From Minisyncoccota bacterium (GTDB lineage Bacteria; Patescibacteriota; Minisyncoccia; Phycocordibacterales; Phycocordibacteraceae): a DNA stretch of 64,000 bases. The position numbers were made by a program, and so were the translations under genes. Shown here piece by piece: positions 54,401-62,608 of the stretch (the stretch's first letter is position 1; each line of letters opens with the position of its first letter). The notes below the pieces were generated by a model. The model was given only the letters and a program-made list of their open reading frames with translations. It was not told where the DNA came from and made no database searches. The stretch lies in assembly GCA_035627595.1 (NCBI GenBank), contig DASPLK010000005.1, positions 3,877 through 67,876 of the forward strand. The letters run 5' to 3'.

Positions 54401-54602
54401 CGTTCTCACAACCGTGACGACCGTGGTTGGTATGATTCCACTATCATTCGTCTCAGCGCTCTGGGGGCCTCTAGCGTTCTCTATCATGTTCGGCCTTGCG
54501 TTCTCCATGATCCTCACACTTGTGGTGATTCCAGTCCTCTACCACCGCTGGCCAGGCAAGCGCGTTAAGGCGCAGTTCGAGGGCAAGGGTGCTGCTCTAT
54601 AG
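51483..54602 (+). CDS. efflux RND transporter permease subunit (AcrB/AcrD family)
   Basis: 1039 aa with 12 TM helices and two large periplasmic loops. Confidence 0.9.
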   Translation: MIPLWQFFLNKHHFTMLLMAVLVMGGIFAAIMIPKESSPEVQIPMGIVTTVLPGASAEDVEELITNKLEDRIIGLERVSRVTSTSGDGVSSITVEFDASANIESSIQLLKDEVDKAEAELPAEAEDPMVTDVNFADQPILIASISGDLAPAELTALGNAVKDEIERVPGVSSVALTGVRERQVQVIVEQAKLRQYGLSLSDVTTAIRTSGIATPLGSIRVSGVEYAVRLEAGATEAEDIANVALTGPGSTALRVRDVANVVNGLEDPRTFSRVSVEGNPSQPALTLSIFKSRGGNIVDTGHAIKDRLAELEQTTLAGTKTVISYDASKDVEHDLTELTRVGMETMVLVMLVLFLTLGWRESLVAAVSVPLSFLIAFIGLWASGNTINFISLFSLILAIGILVDSGIVVVEAFHTRLVKYGNKYQAALAAIKEYAWPLIAGTFTTIAVFVPLFFLSGIVGKFIASIPYTVIFVLLASIFVALGLVPLLAIYFVRNTLSATEKRQEEYNERARAWYENYLRGLLGDRKRENRFLLIIGVLFVVALMLPAIGVVKVVFFPSDDYGLLYASIEKPQGTELSDTDISAREVEEILYQDQRIASFVTEVGSGSSFTGTGAASGAKLANVTINLVDESERKESSDEVMQDIREKLSAVTSAAVTVSSPTGGPPTGKPISVTFAGDDIGELTQTVEAAAQTLSEIPGATNIQTSARDDSAEFKIEIDSAKATELGVSPAAAADTLRTALFGAKATDIRTETEDIEVRVKLNLNPAYQQPEETNETTIEAVRELTVQGTRGPVPLSAFATISYEQANTAIRHEGGMRTATLEADVAPGANALQVMQTFLNRMEETSLPPSVEMKVGGETEDVNKSFIEMAVALLAGAALMLAILVLEFNSFRQSLYLLLIIPLSLIGVMAGLAITRSPLSFPSMLGVIALAGVIINHAIILMDSVARIGRASEGRTLTDVVIEASASRLRPIVLTTVTTVVGMIPLSFVSALWGPLAFSIMFGLAFSMILTLVVIPVLYHRWPGKRVKAQFEGKGAAL

Positions 54603-54611
54603 CAGAGGTTC

Positions 54612-55259
54612 TTACTTGTTCTCCTCTACAACCTTCTCAAGCACCGGATCAAGCGGTGTATTAGGCGTATGCGGCGTAAGGTAGAAGTAGCCAATGACAG
54701 CTGCGACGAGCGCACCTATCGTATTAACGATGAAATCCCACATCGTATCGTTCAAGCCGTCCTTCTGCATGTCCATGTTAAACAGCTGATCACCCGTAAA
54801 CTCGAATACCTCCCAGAGTACTCCGATCATGAGTGAGAATGAGAACGCAAACAGCGATAGTACGATCGGCTTGGCGCGTATGGTCTGTTTTGAGACAGAC
54901 AGCATGAGCACAATGAGACCTAGGAGCCCGAACGCGAAGGCTGAGCCCGAGTGAAGCATCACATCCCACCACCACACGTCGTAGTAGAAGCGGTTTGCTT
55001 CTCCAAGAAACAAGGTCGCGTATACGAACAGGGCGAGCGCAATCGAAAAGATGCGCGGCACGTACACGCCCGTCTTTGCCTGAAGCGGTAGTGGTAGAAG
55101 AATGAACACGACCGTTACCGCTGCCAGAAACGCAGACTGCCAATTCTCCGCCATAACAGCGCCGATAATGGCCGGCACTAGCGAGAGCACGAGTAGCGAG
55201 AGCAGCAGGAATGACCAGTTACGCCAGTTCTCTGGTAGGAGCGATTTCATCACATCCAT
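54612..55259 (-). CDS. multi-TM membrane protein (DUF2238/YjdF-like?)
   Basis: 215 aa with about six TM helices. The family assignment is uncertain. Confidence 0.45.
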   Translation of the reverse strand: MDVMKSLLPENWRNWSFLLLSLLVLSLVPAIIGAVMAENWQSAFLAAVTVVFILLPLPLQAKTGVYVPRIFSIALALFVYATLFLGEANRFYYDVWWWDVMLHSGSAFAFGLLGLIVLMLSVSKQTIRAKPIVLSLFAFSFSLMIGVLWEVFEFTGDQLFNMDMQKDGLNDTMWDFIVNTIGALVAAVIGYFYLTPHTPNTPLDPVLEKVVEENK

Positions 55260-55262
55260 GCG

Positions 55263-55955
55263 CTACATGAGCGGCACCTCAATAAGCAGGAACGATGCAG
55301 AGGCAGGTGCGACTAGCGCCAGATCTTCCTCTTCGACCGCTATTGCGTCGCGTGCTTCAAGCGCGACACCGTTTACAGTAACGCTCCCATCAATGACGAA
55401 CAGGTACGTGCCCCTACCCTCACCTACTTCATGCACGAGCGACATGCCTGCGGTTAGGTTTCCGCGATAGAGCAACGCGTCCTGATGAATCATGAGCGAT
55501 CCGTCCCTCCCATCACCCGAGACTAAGAGAGTGAGTGTCTGTTCGGTACCGAATGATTTTTGATCATACCGCGGGGCAACTCCTCGAGTTTGAGGTTCGA
55601 TCCAAATCTGGAAAAGCTTAAGCGCCTCGTCCTCGCGATTGAACTCGCCATGGACCACGCCAGTTCCAGCCGACATTACCTGCACTTCCCCAGCTCCCAC
55701 ACGCGCATTCGTACCCATGCTGTCTTCGTGCGTTACTGCGCCCTCTTCCACAATCGTGACAATTTCAAAGTCAGCATGCGCATGCATGTCGAATCCTCTC
55801 TTGGGAGCAACCACATCATCGTTCAGGACACGCAGAGCACCGAACCCCATACGTTTAGGGTCGTGCCAGTGGGCAAAACTGAAGCTGTGGCGAGTGGTAA
55901 GCCAGTCATAATCTGCTCCCCCTCGTGTGTGTGCGCGGTGTACGGTTATAGCCAT
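55263..55955 (-). CDS. pirin family protein (cupin)
   Basis: HRAHTRGGADYDWLTTRHSFSFAHW...FDMHAHADFEIVTIVEEG are the cupin metal-site motifs. Confidence 0.85.
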   Translation of the reverse strand: MAITVHRAHTRGGADYDWLTTRHSFSFAHWHDPKRMGFGALRVLNDDVVAPKRGFDMHAHADFEIVTIVEEGAVTHEDSMGTNARVGAGEVQVMSAGTGVVHGEFNREDEALKLFQIWIEPQTRGVAPRYDQKSFGTEQTLTLLVSGDGRDGSLMIHQDALLYRGNLTAGMSLVHEVGEGRGTYLFVIDGSVTVNGVALEARDAIAVEEEDLALVAPASASFLLIEVPLM

Positions 55956-55977
55956 AGCCTAAGCCTAGCACTACTGG

Positions 55978-56511
55978 CTAGACCGCTAGGGTGTAGACAT
56001 CGGTGTCGACCGCACCGCACTCCTCAAGCACCTGCCGCGCATCATGCTCGGTATGAGCAGCGACGAGGATATCACCCTCGCCAACGCGGTCCGCATAGTG
56101 CTGGGCTTTTTCAGTGCCAATGCCTAAATTAGCGAGCGCGCCAATGACTCCGCCGGCAGCGGCTCCTGTTGCAGCACCTGCTGCTGTAGTCCCCACGGCG
56201 CCCGTAAGCCCGAGCATGGTTGCAAGCGGCCCTGCAGCAAACAAAGGACCTATGACAGGCAGAATACCTGCGACGGTTGCAAGACCAGCAATAGCGCCGA
56301 TTGTTCCGCCTACCATCGCCCCTTTCCCAGCACCTTCGACGGGCGTCTTACTTGCGATATCGCCTGCATCCACTTCCTGCACTTCGCCCTCAGTATTACG
56401 GTAGATATAGGAAATGTCGTCTGTTGGCACCTTGAGCTCATTATGGAGACGGTTAATAGCAGCCTCTGCGTTGCCGCGATCACTAAAGAGTCCGATGGTC
56501 ATCTGCTTCAT
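55978..56511 (-). CDS. YflT-domain general stress protein
   Basis: MTIGLFSDRGNAEAAINRLHNE... N-terminal YflT domain with a Gly/Ala-rich membrane-like segment. The start is ambiguous (56511 or 56502). Confidence 0.6.
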   Translation of the reverse strand: MKQMTIGLFSDRGNAEAAINRLHNELKVPTDDISYIYRNTEGEVQEVDAGDIASKTPVEGAGKGAMVGGTIGAIAGLATVAGILPVIGPLFAAGPLATMLGLTGAVGTTAAGAATGAAAGGVIGALANLGIGTEKAQHYADRVGEGDILVAAHTEHDARQVLEECGAVDTDVYTLAV

Positions 56512-56518
56512 ATGCAAA

Positions 56519-56552
56519 GAGTACGGTTACGGGTATATCCGTAACCGTACTC
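56519..56552 (-). terminator. perfect 14-bp hairpin between the upstream gene's stop and the YflT start
   Basis: GAGTACGGTTACGG(GTATAT)CCGTAACCGTACTC lies 30 nt after the upstream stop and ends 7 nt before the YflT start codon. Confidence 0.5.
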
Positions 56553-56581
56553 ATGTGCGTATGAACGCGAGGTTAATCGCC

Positions 56582-56971
56582 CTAGAGAAGACCGAACCCA
56601 ATCGCGGTTAGGTAAACACCGACGATGAGCGCAAAGATGCCTCCGAAGGTGAACCAGGCCTTGAAATCGAGCGCCTTGTACATCTTCGCAACTGTCCTAT
56701 CTGACGCGATCATATAGAACGCTCCTTCAAGTACCAGCATCCACCCAAACAGGGACACCAGAGATGCCGCGGCTGAGGTCCAAACATTGTGCGTGAGCAC
56801 AATGAACAGACCGGCTACGAGCTCGAGCGTGCCAACGATAAGCCGCTGTAGCGGATCCTTTGCAAAAGCACCGAGGATCGGGACGAAGAAACGCTGGCGC
56901 GTCCAGATAGCGATGCCACCCACGATCAGGTAGATACCGAATACCTGGGAGAGCAGAGTGGTTAGTTCCAT
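56582..56971 (-). CDS. DoxX-like small membrane protein
   Basis: 129 aa with four TM helices. Confidence 0.5.
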   Translation of the reverse strand: MELTTLLSQVFGIYLIVGGIAIWTRQRFFVPILGAFAKDPLQRLIVGTLELVAGLFIVLTHNVWTSAAASLVSLFGWMLVLEGAFYMIASDRTVAKMYKALDFKAWFTFGGIFALIVGVYLTAIGFGLL

Positions 56972-57000
56972 ACGTTATGGTTACGGCTATACCTTAATGA

Positions 57001-57035
57001 TAAACGACAGAACCCCGCCTAAGCGGGGTTCTGTC
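57001..57035 (-). terminator. intrinsic terminator downstream of the DoxX gene
   Basis: GACAGAACCCCGC(CTAA)GCGGGGTTCTGTC is followed by GUUUA in the minus-strand RNA. Confidence 0.7.
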
Positions 57036-57054
57036 GATAACTATATGACCCTAG

Positions 57055-57477
57055 TTACTTGCGCTTCATTCGCGCATCAACTGATATTTTGCCCGGACCC
57101 GTTATCACGATCGAGATACATGATACGAGGATGAGCAAGATAAACTCGTAGCCGCCAGGGCCCGTGAATCCGTTAGGCAGATGAACAGCGACAAGCGCGA
57201 CAAGCGCGACGAACGCAAGCACCTTTGCCACCCAGTGTGTGAATGCGCCGAGGATGAGAAGGATACCGCCGCCGATCTCCGCTGCTATAAGAAGTACGGC
57301 AAGAAGACCTGGTACCGGGAAGTTCATACCAGCAAGGAATGCCTCGATGCCCGGAACACCACCGACAAACTTCTCCCATCCGTGGACGAGGAAGATCGCA
57401 CCGACAACAACCCGCAATAGAAGTGGCGCGAGGTCGGCGAACTTTTTGCTACAAGCACAGTTAAGAATTTGCTTCAT
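57055..57477 (-). CDS. DoxX family membrane protein
   Basis: LLLRVVVGAIFLVHGWEKF N-terminus and four TM helices. Confidence 0.75.
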   Translation of the reverse strand: MKQILNCACSKKFADLAPLLLRVVVGAIFLVHGWEKFVGGVPGIEAFLAGMNFPVPGLLAVLLIAAEIGGGILLILGAFTHWVAKVLAFVALVALVAVHLPNGFTGPGGYEFILLILVSCISIVITGPGKISVDARMKRK

Positions 57478-57554
57478 GTGTCTACACGTTGAGTTCGTAA
57501 TACCCCTCTAGTGTACCCCTTCATGAACTGTCGAGGTGGGGATTTCTCAGCGAA

Positions 57555-58238
57555 CTAGGTACGACGAGAAAGCTCCTTCTGCAAGGCTGCCAGGATGTCC
57601 TTCAGAACCGCTATGCGCTGCCCGGCACTAAATTCCTTCGTTAATCGTAGGTACGGGTCAATGACCTTGCCATTGTCCCTGATCTCAAAGTGCAGGTGCG
57701 GAGCGCCGCCAGACGCGTTACCCGTATTTCCAACATAGCCAATGAGGTCGCCCGCTTTAAGGACCGTGCCAGGCTTTACGCCCTCAGCGATCGCATCAAG
57801 GTGCATGTACGCGAACGTCTCGCCTCCCGGATTTGCGGTATATACATATATACCCGCACTTTCACCTGTGCCGGTACGCGTCACCACCGCATCAGTCGGC
57901 GATGCTACGAACGCACCCTTGGGGGCCATAATATCGAGCCCTTCATGCGTACGAGTTCCACCCCCGCGCACGTCACCGAAATTGCGCGCCAGCTGTGCGG
58001 GAGATACGCCAAGGAGTACTGGAATCGGGAGATTCTTAACTACATCATCGTCGAGCTTCCGTATGGCGCGCTCAACGGCACTTGAGTACCGCGAACGATC
58101 GCTGCGCTGCGTATGACTGATAATTTCTGTATATGACCCGTACGATGTCGTACGCGTTGCTGCGTGCGCATCAATGGGCGTGCTAACAAAGAGCGCACCA
58201 ATAAACATCAGCCCCAGGCTGATTTGTTTGAATATCAT
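57555..58238 (-). CDS. M23 family metallopeptidase (LytM-like)
   Basis: HEGLDIMAPKG...GNTGNASGGAPHLHFEI signature with a signal peptide. Confidence 0.8.
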   Translation of the reverse strand: MIFKQISLGLMFIGALFVSTPIDAHAATRTTSYGSYTEIISHTQRSDRSRYSSAVERAIRKLDDDVVKNLPIPVLLGVSPAQLARNFGDVRGGGTRTHEGLDIMAPKGAFVASPTDAVVTRTGTGESAGIYVYTANPGGETFAYMHLDAIAEGVKPGTVLKAGDLIGYVGNTGNASGGAPHLHFEIRDNGKVIDPYLRLTKEFSAGQRIAVLKDILAALQKELSRRT

Positions 58239-58330
58239 AGTGAGTACGTATGACTAGATGACTAGAGTGCTACCGTACTCAAATAGACGTGCGCGTGGGC
58301 ACGCTCTTTCAGTGAACCTTCATGAAGTAG

Positions 58331-59122
58331 CTAGAGCTCCGAAAGCGAGGTAACGCGAACGACAGCGTCAATGTTGTACGAAAGCCAATAGTCCATGGGT
58401 GCCAGATGCTCTGCCGGCACAAAGGTTCCCTCAATATGCACCTCCTCTCCCGTGACCAATCGCGACATAATATCGCTTGATTGAAGGACGGTGAAATCGA
58501 GTGCGTAGTGCCTGCCGTCTAATGCCTGGAGGCCAAGCGCACACTCCTCGGACTCTACGGTATCAACTCTTGGAAGGCATACGTACGTGCCCGTTACGGT
58601 ACGGCGCTCGGGGACGGCAGTGTAGCTGCCCTTGGTTGCGTCTTGTATGAGCCAATCGCCGTTGCGCATTACGAGTGTGAGTGCGACCGGATATACCGCA
58701 ACAGGCGCGTCGCTTGCGCTCGTAACTTCTATGACGGTACCGAGCACCGTGTATGTCTCGTCTATGTTTCTGTTGATTGTGCCGATATCAATGCGCTCAG
58801 GCCAAGGTGATGAGGTGGCGCGACCGAAGGCAAGCATAGGATCTGCCTTCCACACAGCCAGCAGCTCTGGTGTCACCAAGTTGGTGTAAGCAGCATCCAG
58901 TTGCTCAGAAAGTACATCCCCTTCTGCGGTGAGTGACACATTCTGTAGTGCTTCGCCAAAGAGCTGGACCGCTTGAGCCACGTCCGCGGAATAGTCGACG
59001 CCTGCTGCCTTGCGTATGGCTAGTCCTGAAATACCGGCCACAAGGAGGATGAGTAGCGCAGCGCTCAGGCTTATCTTCTGATACTTGGTGAGGTGCGCGA
59101 AGTGCATATCAAAAGTATACAC
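58331..59122 (-). CDS. membrane-anchored hypothetical protein
   Basis: 263 aa with an N-terminal TM anchor. No recognised motifs. Confidence 0.5.
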   Translation of the reverse strand: MYTFDMHFAHLTKYQKISLSAALLILLVAGISGLAIRKAAGVDYSADVAQAVQLFGEALQNVSLTAEGDVLSEQLDAAYTNLVTPELLAVWKADPMLAFGRATSSPWPERIDIGTINRNIDETYTVLGTVIEVTSASDAPVAVYPVALTLVMRNGDWLIQDATKGSYTAVPERRTVTGTYVCLPRVDTVESEECALGLQALDGRHYALDFTVLQSSDIMSRLVTGEEVHIEGTFVPAEHLAPMDYWLSYNIDAVVRVTSLSEL

Positions 59123-59132
59123 CCCTTAATGC

Positions 59133-59588
59133 CTAGGACTCAGGCAGATCCTTGTGCTTCGGCTGGGCCTTTACGTGCGGTATGCGCGGCACGACAAGTG
59201 AAGCTATGCCGGCAACGGCAGCGATAAAGAAGTACCCGAAACCTATGGCCATACCAATGGCGCCTGCATACCACAGGCTCGCTGCAGTGGTGAGGTTCTT
59301 TACGCTCGCCCCTTCCTTAAGAATTAGACCAGCTCCTAGAAAGCCGATACCCGAGACGATCTGTGCTGCGATACGGGAAGTCGACATGGGGTCAACGAGC
59401 ATGGAGAGCGTCGTAAAGAGCATGGCGCCTGCAATAACGAGGATGTGCGTACTGATACCCGCATCCTTGCCGCGGCTCTCACGCTCGGCGCCGATCGCAT
59501 ATCCAAGCGCAATCGAGAGGACAAGACCACCGAGGAACTGAAGTTCGACAAGGCCAATCACACCAAAGAAAATATTCGGGTCGGTCAT
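59133..59588 (-). CDS. MgtC/SapB family membrane protein
   Basis: The conserved MgtC N-terminal region is present. Start chosen at MTDPNIFF (59588); the track start at 59672 would overlap the divergent ADH gene. Confidence 0.65.
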   Translation of the reverse strand: MTDPNIFFGVIGLVELQFLGGLVLSIALGYAIGAERESRGKDAGISTHILVIAGAMLFTTLSMLVDPMSTSRIAAQIVSGIGFLGAGLILKEGASVKNLTTAASLWYAGAIGMAIGFGYFFIAAVAGIASLVVPRIPHVKAQPKHKDLPES

Positions 59589-59651
59589 ATGCGAGGAGTA
59601 TAGCACCGCGTTCACACCCCATTCACTGCCCGTTCCGGATAGTTGCGACAT

Positions 59652-60833
59652 ATGAAAGCTGTCGTATTTCACGGGCGCAACTCGATACGCATCGATACTG
59701 TTCCAGACCCGATTATCAAAGATCCTAAAGATGTCATCATTAAAATAAGTTCAACGGCCATATGCGGCTCCGACCTGCACCTCTATGACGGATTTATACC
59801 GACCGTAGAACACGGCGACATATTTGGCCATGAGTTTATGGGTGAGGTCGTCGAGATTGGCTCTGACATTACGCGACTCCAGATTGGCGATCGCATCATT
59901 GTCCCTTTCATCATTACGTGCGGTATATGTGAGTTTTGCACACGCGGTTTCTGGTCCCTATGCGACAACACTAATCCGAACAAGGAGATGGCTGAGAAGG
60001 TGTACGGGTACTCTCCTGCTGGCTTCTACGGATACTCTCATATGTTCGGCGGATACTGCGGCGGACAGGCGGAGTATGCCCGCGTACCCTTTGCTGAGAC
60101 GAGCGTCTTTAAGGTGCCCAAAGACCTTCCGGATGAAAAGCTGCTCTTCCTCACAGATATATTCCCGACCGGATACATGGCAGCAGAGAATGCGGACATC
60201 CCTCCTGGCGGCGTTGTTGCGGTTTGGGGCGCAGGTCCAGTCGGACAATTTGCAATACGCTCAGCCTTCATGCTCGGCGCGAGCCGTGTCATAGCCATCG
60301 ATCGATTTCCAGAACGATTGGAAATGGCGCGCGCAGGCGGCGCGGAGACAATTGACTATGAAGACGATGCCAAAGTCTCTGAGGCGTTGAAGGAGTTAAC
60401 AAACGGTAAGGGCCCTGACTCTAGTATTGATGCGGTAGGCATGGAAGCACACGGTGCAGGCGCACTTGGGGGCCTTATGGATGCCTATGATAAGGCTAAA
60501 CAAGCAGTGATGCTGGAAAGCGATCGCCCCACCGCCCTTCGCCAGGTGCTCTACTGTGCGAAGAAGGGTTCGACCGTCTCTATTCCAGGCGTATACGGTG
60601 GGCTCGTCGACAAGTTCCCTATCGGCATGGCATTCAATAAGGGCCTAACGCTTAAGATGGGTCAGACACACGTGCAGCAGTACGTACCGCTCCTTTTAGA
60701 GAAGATCGTCACGGGAGAATTCGATCCGTCTTTTGTGGTAACGCACCGACTGTCACTTGATGAAGCGCCACACGGCTATGAGATCTTCAAAAAGAAAGAG
60801 GATCGGTGTGTGAAAGTGGTCCTCACTCCCTAA
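59652..60833 (+). CDS. zinc-dependent alcohol dehydrogenase (formaldehyde dehydrogenase-like, glutathione-independent type)
   Basis: [12 protein letters not shown], a structural-zinc Cys cluster ([15 protein letters not shown]) and a GxGxxG Rossmann motif (WGAGPVG). Confidence 0.85.
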   Translation: MKAVVFHGRNSIRIDTVPDPIIKDPKDVIIKISSTAICGSDLHLYDGFIPTVEHGDIFGHEFMGEVVEIGSDITRLQIGDRIIVPFIITCGICEFCTRGFWSLCDNTNPNKEMAEKVYGYSPAGFYGYSHMFGGYCGGQAEYARVPFAETSVFKVPKDLPDEKLLFLTDIFPTGYMAAENADIPPGGVVAVWGAGPVGQFAIRSAFMLGASRVIAIDRFPERLEMARAGGAETIDYEDDAKVSEALKELTNGKGPDSSIDAVGMEAHGAGALGGLMDAYDKAKQAVMLESDRPTALRQVLYCAKKGSTVSIPGVYGGLVDKFPIGMAFNKGLTLKMGQTHVQQYVPLLLEKIVTGEFDPSFVVTHRLSLDEAPHGYEIFKKKEDRCVKVVLTP

Positions 60834-61432
60834 TCAATGGAGAGCGTGCTCGCGACTTCGCTGACCGCATCTGCGCGTGAAGTCTCCATATAGGTCGGAA
60901 GCGGCTGGTATATGAGAAGAACAGCAGTCTCTGATCCATCTTTCTCATAGGGGAAGGCATACACAGGGCCAAATGCGTAGGTATCGGTCTCCCCGGTGGA
61001 GAACGTCGTCTCAGCAAGCGTTAGATAGAGCTCAAGGCCAGTGTCGCCAGAAACGGTAGTGAATGCAGTTTGATCTACAACATCCGTACAGTTGAGCGTT
61101 TGGTCTGGTCCATCTGCAGCACAAAGAGTTTTCGCCCGTTCAATTGCAAAAGCCTCGAAGCTCTCGTACTCGCCAAAGCTCTCCTGAAAGGATACGTCCA
61201 CGACCGAAGTGAACGACTCCCCTTCTCGTGTTCCAACTGAAATATTCTCCGGCGTATACTCGTTAGTGGTAAGTCCCTCCGGATACGTAAACGAGTAACC
61301 GTATGTCTGGTTCTCGTATCTAAGCTCTGATTCAACGATAGGCGCTTCAGGAGTTGTACGAGAAAAGGCGTAAATGCCGCCAAGGACAGCTGCTGCGATG
61401 AGGGCACCGATAACGATTTTCACAGTGTTCAT
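60830..61432 (-). CDS. membrane-anchored hypothetical protein
   Basis: 200 aa with an N-terminal TM anchor and an acidic T/E-rich body. Confidence 0.5.
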   Translation of the reverse strand: MNTVKIVIGALIAAAVLGGIYAFSRTTPEAPIVESELRYENQTYGYSFTYPEGLTTNEYTPENISVGTREGESFTSVVDVSFQESFGEYESFEAFAIERAKTLCAADGPDQTLNCTDVVDQTAFTTVSGDTGLELYLTLAETTFSTGETDTYAFGPVYAFPYEKDGSETAVLLIYQPLPTYMETSRADAVSEVASTLSID

Positions 61433-61492
61433 GGAAATTAGTGGTGAACTTGGTAACGTGAAAGGAAGTTAGGAACGTAGTATACCGAACAC

Positions 61493-62608
61493 ATGCAAAG
61501 AATACCGAATGTAGCCCGTGCGCTCCTTGTCATTGCCGTAGTCCTGGTAGCGGGCACGGCTCTTTATATAACACTTGGCAAAGAGGAAAGGATGCCTGCG
61601 CGTACGCTTGATGCATCCTTACCAAAGGAAGCGCTCACCGAGATTGCGGGCAATCTTGAAATACCTTGGGATATTGCATTTATTGATGACGGCCTGCTCG
61701 TATCTGAACGCACCGGGAACGTGGAACTCATACGTGCTGATGGAAGCCGAAAGGAGATACCTATAGAAGGCGTGCACGATCGGGGCGAGGGTGGTCTCTT
61801 GGGCCTCACCCTCCATCCAGATTTTAAGCGTACCGGCTACGTGTATCTTTACATGTCCTCCCCAGCACAGGATGGCACCACCAACCGCATCGTTCGGTAT
61901 CGCTATGAGGACGAGGCTCTTACGGAAGATCGCGTCATACTTGAGGGCATCCCGGGCGCTATTTACCATGATGGCGGCAGAATGGAGTTTGGTCCTGATG
62001 GCTATCTCTATGTCACCACAGGCGACGCGACCGAACCGTCCATTGCTCAAGACCTCTCTTCGCTCGGTGGAAAGATCCTGCGCATGACCGATGACGGCGC
62101 ACCGGCTCCGGGTAACCCGTATGATTCGCTCATCTATTCCTATGGACATCGCAACCCTCAGGGCCTCGCCTGGGACGCAGCAGGGCGCCTTTGGAGTACA
62201 GAGCACGGCAGGTCAGGCGTGCAGTCAGGGCTTGATGAGATAAATCTAATTGAGGCGGGTGCAAACTACGGATGGCCTACTATCGAAGGAGACGCCGAGG
62301 AAGAAGGCATGCGTACGCCGGCACGCCACTCAGGCACTCGTGACACCTGGGCTCCTGCAAGCCTCGTGTACCATAAGGGTTCCCTATACTTTGGCGGTCT
62401 TCGCGGCGAAGCTCTATATGAAGCAGTGCTCGACGGCACGCGCGTTACGGAAGTGAAAGAGCACTTTGCGGAAACCTATGGCCGCATACGCACCGTGCGC
62501 CTTTCGCCGGATGGTTACCTCTATATCACCACAAGCAATCGTGACGGTCGCGGAAATGCAGACGACGCGGACGATCGCATCATCCGCGTCGATCCTGCAA
62601 GCCTCTAG
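61493..62608 (+). CDS. PQQ-dependent sugar dehydrogenase (soluble glucose/sorbosone dehydrogenase beta-propeller family)
   Basis: PWDIAF...GGLLGLTLHP...GGKILR...GHRNPQGLAWD motifs. Confidence 0.78.
   Translation: MQRIPNVARALLVIAVVLVAGTALYITLGKEERMPARTLDASLPKEALTEIAGNLEIPWDIAFIDDGLLVSERTGNVELIRADGSRKEIPIEGVHDRGEGGLLGLTLHPDFKRTGYVYLYMSSPAQDGTTNRIVRYRYEDEALTEDRVILEGIPGAIYHDGGRMEFGPDGYLYVTTGDATEPSIAQDLSSLGGKILRMTDDGAPAPGNPYDSLIYSYGHRNPQGLAWDAAGRLWSTEHGRSGVQSGLDEINLIEAGANYGWPTIEGDAEEEGMRTPARHSGTRDTWAPASLVYHKGSLYFGGLRGEALYEAVLDGTRVTEVKEHFAETYGRIRTVRLSPDGYLYITTSNRDGRGNADDADDRIIRVDPASL

Noticed and set aside
58249-58264. Tandem 8-mer ATGACTAG ATGACTAG upstream of the M23 peptidase gene
   Set aside because: There are only two copies in an AT-rich intergenic spacer with no further periodicity; it is probably chance.
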